A DNA stretch of 18,286 nt from a bacterium (GTDB lineage Bacteria > Arandabacterota > Arandabacteria > Arandabacterales > JALGWA01): assembly GCA_050125095.1 (NCBI GenBank), contig JASFEA010000065.1, forward strand, positions 1 through 18,286, read 5' to 3'. Made by a program: the position numbers and the translations under genes. Numbering within the stretch: the stretch's first letter is position 1; each line of letters starts with the position of its first letter. The notes under the pieces are model-generated. The model made no database searches and was not told the origin of the DNA. It saw only the letters and a program-made list of their open reading frames with translations. Shown piece after piece: positions 15,201-18,286 of this stretch.

Positions 15201-16569
15201 CATCAAGATGTCCTACAGCGATAGCGACATTCCCGCCGGCGGCTCCGAGGACAACCTCCGGGTAGCCAGGTGGAATCACTCGTCGCGCGTCTGGGAATAC
15301 AGCGGCATCTTCAATGTCCAGCAGGACACGGAAGGCAATGAGCTGTGGTTCAACGCGTCGTGCATGGATCTCTACGCTGTGGTCCATACGGCAGGCTTCA
15401 GGATTGCGACGCCGCGCATCATGCCGTTCTGCAACGGCTACACGGGCCGCTATCCGACAATAGTAACCATCATCGAGGACGAGATTCATGGTGTCGACCC
15501 TGATGACATCAAGGTCACGATCTCAGGTCCTGCCGACAATCCCGTGTTCGACAACACGATCATCTGGGATGACGGCCACGCGGCCTGGGGCTGGGTTGGA
15601 TACTATGATAACGTCTCCAATGATCTCTGGATCAATATCGAGGACGATGAGTTCGACTGGGACAATGAGTACGGTTATGACTTTACTCACGGTCTGCCGG
15701 GCGGCACCTACACGATGTACTATGTGGCGCTCAACGGCATCGGCGAGCGGAAGACCAAAACCCTGGAGTTCATAGTTGACGCGGGCAAGCCCCATGTGGA
15801 ACTCCTCGGCGACAAGGTCAATGCGCACCCGGTCATCGAACTCGCGGTCAGCGACGACCTCGCCGGTCTCGACCTCTGGAAGATCTGCGCCGACATGTAC
15901 ATAGTCGAGCGGGTCGACCAGGACTGCTGCTACGACGGGTACTACGGTCCCGTCGAGGCGGAAGAGAGGCTGGGCTGGGTCAAGCCGAGCTCACTCAAGT
16001 GGAAGGACGACGATGAGGAGTCGGGCATCCTCCTGCTCGAGTTCGGTGAGATCTACTACAACGGTAATCCGCACGGGCTCTCGCTCGACGTGGTCGTCTA
16101 CGACTGCGAGTACGAGTGCTACGGTGACGATTCCGATTGTGATGATTGCCTGTGCTACTACATGGAGCACGGCATCGCCGACTGCGTGGGCAACCATGCG
16201 ACGCCGATATGGAGACGTTACACCGTCGACATCTACTATGACCCGGATGGCGATGGTGATCCCAGCGCTTACGGCATCGCCGATGCGCACTTCTATCCGA
16301 ACCCGATCAACTTCTCTGAGCACGGGTGCGGAAGCATCTCCTACGACCTGAACGCAGCCGGTGACCTGACGGTGAAGATCTTCGACTTCGCCGGCGATTA
16401 CGTGGCGACGTTGTACGATGGATTCGCCAGCGGCACCGGGACCATGGAATGGTGCGGTCAGGATCATACGGGTCGCATGGTAGGTGCGGGTATTTACATC
16501 GGTTCGGCAACATTTGACAATGGTTCTGCAGTAGTGACCAGAAACTTCAAGATCGGTGTAATTAGATAG
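6226..16569 (+). CDS. Giant (3,447 aa) secreted acidic multi-Ig-like protein with C-terminal T9SS type-A sorting / FlgD-Ig-like domain
   Basis: ATG 6226 with SD AGGAGG (6211-6216) gives a Sec signal (MDFHSSARKLLVLSLLTAVVIGFASVASA). Recurrent D(N/D/K/E)AGN...DNxxP Ig-like module ends. The CTD reads FYPNP..SISYDL...LTVKIFDFAGDYVATL...WCGQDHTGRMVGAGIYI...KIGVIR. An alternative in-frame GTG lies at 6115. Confidence 0.9.
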   Translation: MDFHSSARKLLVLSLLTAVVIGFASVASATITITSAEIVLIGDEEGAGARGEGMVSIGDTIEVIVNVTDPDSVLAVVADMRKYGGAEEETLYAYQGRLSYISGAAWVPSCSITEYGEINQLAIYYPDSDLVRTEHWTVCLSGGGADAYATVPVFTGNCSGGAFNIGTPAIYDTAAVSAYGVNNWRVYWQSGDGDPGGAVDTFYIRDVDTATDLPTMAFDGTMCYAENASGDTLFTFTPAVTAGTLCCSALPANCDYVDFQTFGAGSHTWEVTGNVSGVLDDDAVTDVLYYGVDSGDTLFSFLIENVSSGVCCNTICTDCDHFEFETWQWIPADSTWRDTLIVQDGGQWWIDNTPCDYIGHTDPSALITAWNILWPDSGFPYDVDTMSTTVPEDEGGNPVDYDTHHTTYAQLVDPGGAGAEFIEAEDYFIRCMTDSSGVFALWGDVDNVLNPTSLFGFAPDTAYAYLDLQRLSHANGNDDIPDFYFDAHWFGDPYSDTSYTNVDSLGWWIEMSPWYASVDCPTEDNGVTGLWEVAFACSAGSTDVAAGEQMIMKWVSDSGDTTYFPGFSHSLCAIDNQIPDYMLTGSSDSVTVDDISFVADMDNAGNADVLNPISIGNPIADWLQIRIDLEGLFDLADVEAGGWGFADLMGIGFYMADTLTTPLGLDFLGEMGPLSPIWGTDSVDVVASPPSPYAWDQDSVVTAGVWIFDNAGNGWFVGPKDTALAIDNQLPVVPEDSCAAWGDPIYTTIAVDAAPYVGYADCGEPDQNIYGNDYFDRDKIVCYANLGDVFGADEIENVTMVNDPYCVGGIIMYDDGTLGDDPVADDGNYTGHARVEIGDGTTFCFLDSDEESVYFEVEVEDDAGNVAISGSCIGVKYDNELPTITAENVMIMFWDHPGTIPVDGDLNEDGIVSIGDSLIFEWRAEDETWDDMEIDSVRVDAASIDPTYSGWITLYWDPSGGVYRNYVPGEAGMPYEVTMGSIDGETLEAAFCVWDNAGNSTGWKTFVSDPALTLDNVGGMIQWDLFQISTTGPDSIASIGDTISFYYDGPDDDVVAIWINVDDVSETVEWLELTEGASWSGWIIVDPGAVDTMDYYFMGKAFDNVANVDSGYLPRFPVDNMPPTMDCANAWLRLWDYVDNAADRYVNIGDNLTACFWDVNGDVEAVTCDWSNYGAGTTDMVKGFQDQPELWGYRLDPVPENGVDQGPGGMATLVHMVATDKAGNSVDGWFCPIWHDEAENDSLLLDQGGTCDHVCQPVDTERPGPPDAGDITFELIDDDGNGVANVGDRLRIIVDMGNPTAPGYDMQWESAMVHAEIHQYGDDYAADPEGYLMLTDDNYSAGGEGDGRFSYFYFFNNSDGDQLIEGCPILPGMLDVPAGDDSTRIRVRSMDDAGNYSDGWILSDVLQGDVVMLGASGPVAVDNEIPEIDPEWITVTFVDEDFNGILSIGDTATVSVDMTDAPGNEVEGVWANLYDWGYPSMDMVALQANSPVYTFTWVIERVPGDWWIDGRLFEDELPEEGQEPEEIPPIMNAVQLEPEMEVVAIDASGNWSAYDWTGAPEWDVFTWGDPYIDDWPFMWTWTSSGPIGEFMADTDAPDPVNPTFIATDFEGSAVRATRLVDGRIGLDIFYDFEPRNPDVYEFYVYGDMATPGVIDWDTYLGEPVAAGTVPESGWGTEYEWVSDILPERDDPYNFGVLAKDNADNFSDPALTWIAGEDADATAPTGYVDVFNENDAPATLIDADGYFHGYINEPEEFQNVCYVEWYGRVKDLDKVTPGDQPSEWVYFDETGQYPPSYPLPGMPYIADPESLLSAVAAALPAFSYLECTDFEVCIRPWDEAGNHPTMGECVPTAYTYDTFYPAITWYSIGGYTDPWNQEFSNTEMPLVQVLANDACAATGELTYKLYLTKTGGQSLGGIGLWLDTQTLPVGEIYEYTWDLTNYPQGFTGLKAVVMDEAGNGVYHDWQIVVLDETAPEGMFATGDHPNNMVIPGQHFGTHESVSLYVLVPWMSGMPGYDVGEVRTYWRMYESMDDWTMIGTQTSYNDTTPNVGGYLYYDYEFSWDTSAFTDGDMIELKAEIYDERGNMTSTTIWVMINGEYAVLAMDVPEAMEVCGEDRVSGKINIVGTEVSCPWDTYMAFWMYKETSEPDVGDCGWDGRWAQPDTMFRTGVTDETIWRYTFDTTTLPDGSYDFMLCTWDIGDNWSYDQDHDWCVDAGAFAAAVANGMGMTLVVDNTAPEVRIVDVNCAGNVYQGTEAYVSCGEDVTVTAWTETTCDVARVEYYLRGSEIMDYQHLVGMSSTPGDYEVTFPASGDICDLLVPGALSDGFAMPMLVARVVDVFGNYDEYSISFYILNVAPTSAFLTNPAHGELLRHWVALRSDVIDADAIYDVTYQYQAVGSLDDWTNIAVTKPQMGDPWNLDTKNDTIYWRTEGVADGAYYLRAVARNENLVVDDDPPQIMVTVDNTPPVVTLETTPMYPEAFTGDAPFIGGPYVELVANATDANGIMWVDFGYRTAETDVGSTTWIWNDRQAPWAYMWDEDSGTPFPGIISGGYIIVAHGEDNAGNEFWYEVERYIDHCPPWGWVTQINDDLTPENSQFSGMISITGTCIDGAPDANCDFANWEESSGMHGAQFQYAPVDGMFMAAESGTGMVWTNLGGLIMGDGPSYTLNWDASFAVPGRYYLRLKGFDNVNNDAESLCFELPYIMIEILPPGPSTAQIAGYDNVSGWLVATAPTTAEYVRFEYIVDVPVFGDEYEWTLLDQTDTPMVTGVYGVPVNLENVPDGDYLVRAIAVYPDGSEDDAPPYMEATVTGGVMTMGATPNVTEFERWGNINAPSSVRVGAVSTNEPTFVVLLDNDIPNKFNTPTAVLLDPENPDDPTIWVDEFSITPAGYHGNATILASHVDNGSVGILEKRVRTYRSTIAEGTKGYVSQDGMSIDIPSGAHDYSDGILMIHTPEPAAQPQVDEVVVVGQPVMLYSLYDGWACFDEGYTAHIKMSYSDSDIPAGGSEDNLRVARWNHSSRVWEYSGIFNVQQDTEGNELWFNASCMDLYAVVHTAGFRIATPRIMPFCNGYTGRYPTIVTIIEDEIHGVDPDDIKVTISGPADNPVFDNTIIWDDGHAAWGWVGYYDNVSNDLWINIEDDEFDWDNEYGYDFTHGLPGGTYTMYYVALNGIGERKTKTLEFIVDAGKPHVELLGDKVNAHPVIELAVSDDLAGLDLWKICADMYIVERVDQDCCYDGYYGPVEAEERLGWVKPSSLKWKDDDEESGILLLEFGEIYYNGNPHGLSLDVVVYDCEYECYGDDSDCDDCLCYYMEHGIADCVGNHATPIWRRYTVDIYYDPDGDGDPSAYGIADAHFYPNPINFSEHGCGSISYDLNAAGDLTVKIFDFAGDYVATLYDGFASGTGTMEWCGQDHTGRMVGAGIYIGSATFDNGSAVVTRNFKIGVIR
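16276..16566 (+). other. T9SS type-A CTD / FlgD-Ig-like C-terminal sorting domain
   Basis: YPNP, KIFDxxG, WxGxDxxGxxVxxGIY and terminal KxxVIR motifs follow an acidic linker (PDGDGDP). Confidence 0.85.
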
Positions 16570-16582
16570 GCAAGTAGGGATT

Positions 16583-16605
16583 GGGAGGGGGAAACTCCCC
16601 CTCCC
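16583..16605 (+). promoter_or_regulatory. Intercistronic stem-loop without U-tract
   Basis: GGGAGGGGGA (16583-16592), AAC, TCCCCCTCCC (16596-16605): a perfect 10-bp stem followed by GCTTCCC. Confidence 0.7.
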
Positions 16606-16666
16606 GCTTCCCGAGAGGATATAGAGTATGATGACAAATCTTCCCCCAACGAGGAGGTCAAGGGAA

Positions 16667-17563
16667 ATGTCGAAGCTTCTACTTGCTTTCACCGTCGCGT
16701 GCGTTCTGGTCTGCTATACCGCTGTGGCTTTTGGTGCTGACGCTCATTCCGCTCCACACCTTAGGATGGGGGTAGGCGCTCGAGCCATGGGCTTCGGAAC
16801 GGCCTTTACGGCCATTGCGGATGACGCGACGGCTAATTATTACAACCCCGCGGGGTTGGTGCAGGTTGAGCACATCGAGGTGACTTTCAGCTATGCGGCA
16901 AACATGGCCGTAGACAGGAACCTCAACTACATTGGCTACGCTCAGTGGCTCGGAACGGGTGCCCTCGGCATAGCCTGGATCAACGCGGGCATGCAGGATG
17001 TCCCGCTCTATGACGAGTCGGGCATGAGGACTGGTACCGACACCTACTCGGATAACACCATCATGTTGTCCTACGCTATCGAGGCCGGCAGCTTTATGTT
17101 CGGCGCCACGGGCAAGATCCTGGCGCAGAACACCCTGGGGACGAGCGCTACCGGGTTCGGAGTCGACCTCGGCGGCAAGCTCATGGTGACGGACAACGTC
17201 TGTGCCGCCCTCATGATCAGGGACATCGGGTCGCAGTACGGCGACACCGACGTCCCGCTGGACTGGCGCTTCGGTACGGCGGTCCATGCCCTGGACGGAG
17301 GTCTCAAGGTCGGGTTTGATATCGGTAAGACCCAGCATATCGACAATCTCAAGCTCTATCTGGGCGCTGAGTACGGTATGGAATTCCATCCGGGCTACAG
17401 CGCGTTCTTCAGGGCCGGTATCAATGATGTCGAGAGGCGCGGCTACTGCGCCGGTCTCGGCATTGCTGTACCCTACGTCATCTTTGACTACACTTACGTG
17501 ACGGAAAAGGAAGAAGCGGCACTCGGCAATAATCATAGAATTTCAGTATCGGCTAGGTGGTAA
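16667..17563 (+). CDS. PorV/PorQ-family (FadL-like) outer membrane beta-barrel
   Basis: Signal peptide; N-terminal LRMGVGARAMGFGTAFTAIADDATANYYNPAGL motif; GFGVDLG; FDYTY...LGNNHRISVSARW ending in an aromatic residue. SD GAGGAGG at 16651-16657; alternative ATG at 16628. Confidence 0.9.
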   Translation: MSKLLLAFTVACVLVCYTAVAFGADAHSAPHLRMGVGARAMGFGTAFTAIADDATANYYNPAGLVQVEHIEVTFSYAANMAVDRNLNYIGYAQWLGTGALGIAWINAGMQDVPLYDESGMRTGTDTYSDNTIMLSYAIEAGSFMFGATGKILAQNTLGTSATGFGVDLGGKLMVTDNVCAALMIRDIGSQYGDTDVPLDWRFGTAVHALDGGLKVGFDIGKTQHIDNLKLYLGAEYGMEFHPGYSAFFRAGINDVERRGYCAGLGIAVPYVIFDYTYVTEKEEAALGNNHRISVSARW

Positions 17564-17586
17564 GAGCCGAACGAGCGTGAGCACCG

Positions 17587-17618
17587 AAGGGGGCGCTTTA
17601 TGCGCCCCCTTTCTATTT
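17587..17618 (+). terminator. Rho-independent terminator after the PorV-family gene
   Basis: AAGGGGGCGC (17587-17596), TTTAT, GCGCCCCCTT (17602-17611), followed by TCTATTT. Confidence 0.8.
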
Positions 17619-17672
17619 GGGGTCAGGTCTTGAAATGCACAAAATCCCGGGGTCAGGTCTTAGAATGCACAA
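17619..17672 (+). repeat. Tandem 24-nt direct repeat, REP-like (GGGGTCAGGTCTT..AATGCACAA)
   Basis: Copies at 17619-17642 and 17649-17672, 30-nt period, 22/24 identical. Confidence 0.8.
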
Positions 17673-17773
17673 CCCCGCGCTCTTGCGCCGGAAGGAAACG
17701 GGTCTATCGATCGGGATAGGTCCCGGTCCCGGGATATGAATCTGACAGGCTCCTGCTCTTGAAGGAGACGGGT

Positions 17774-18223
17774 TTGGAGTTCAGCAAGAACGTGTGCCCC
17801 CAGTGCGGCCATAAATGGCCCAAGAGGAACCCTTTTCCCACGGTTGACATCATCATAGAGCTCAAGGGGGAAACACCCCCCAGAATCGTCCTGGTGAACC
17901 GCAAGAACCCTCCCCATGGCTGGGCGCTGCCCGGGGGCTTCGTGGACTACGGCGAGACGGTGGAGGAGGCGGCGGTGAGGGAGGCCAGAGAGGAGACCGG
18001 GCTTGATATCAGCCTGGTCCGCCAGTTCCACGTCTACTCCGACCCGTCGCGTGACGCCCGCGGCCACATGATGTCCACGGTATTCGTGGCGAGGGCCGGC
18101 GGGACTCCGGTGGGAGCAGATGATGCCAAGGAGGCCAGGGGCTTCGCAACCGACGATCTTCCGGAGGACGTCGCCTTCGATCACAGGGACATCATTGCCG
18201 ACTATGTAGCGGGGAAGTACTAA
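17774..18223 (+). CDS. Nudix hydrolase (ADP-ribose pyrophosphatase/MutT-like) with N-terminal CxxC
   Basis: Nudix box [35 protein letters not shown] and AFDH motifs. TTG 17774 has SD AAGGAG (17762-17767); TTG 17759 is an alternative start. Confidence 0.93.
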   Translation: MEFSKNVCPQCGHKWPKRNPFPTVDIIIELKGETPPRIVLVNRKNPPHGWALPGGFVDYGETVEEAAVREAREETGLDISLVRQFHVYSDPSRDARGHMMSTVFVARAGGTPVGADDAKEARGFATDDLPEDVAFDHRDIIADYVAGKY

Positions 18224-18286
18224 GAAAGCAGCGGTGGGAGGTGGGGCAGGGCCTGAGCGGGGCTTTTAAGCCGTGGCCCTGGGCTT

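Noticed and set aside
16514-16545. TTGACA in the AT-richer 3' end of the giant gene as an internal porV promoter
   Set aside because: No plausible -10 element at 16-18 nt spacing.
17619-17672. Possible mini-CRISPR array
   Set aside because: Only two copies with a 6-nt gap, and no cas genes.
18247-18281. CAGGGCC...GGCCCTG hairpin after the Nudix gene
   Set aside because: It is imperfect, has no U-tract and sits at the window edge, so it cannot be assigned.

Overview
This is a GC-rich bacterial window of cell-envelope genes. In order it holds: the 3' part of an AcrB-family RND permease coupled to a small PII-like (PG0541-family) gene; a convergent OmpA-family protein with four Cys-rich TSP3 repeats; a divergent thioredoxin-fold lipoprotein and a DUF1844 gene; a ~640-bp AT-richer regulatory region; a giant (~3,450 aa) acidic, Cys-rich, multi-Ig secreted protein ending in a T9SS type-A/FlgD-Ig-like C-terminal domain; an adjacent PorV/PorQ-family beta-barrel; a terminator and a short REP-like tandem repeat; and a Nudix hydrolase. 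T9SS-type parts combined with canonical SD sequences and TTGACA promoters suggest an FCB-superphylum organism outside Bacteroidia (inference). The most interesting element is the giant CTD protein/PorV pair, a candidate dedicated cargo-shuttle module for a surface-layer or filament protein. All calls come from reading motifs by eye; no searches were run.
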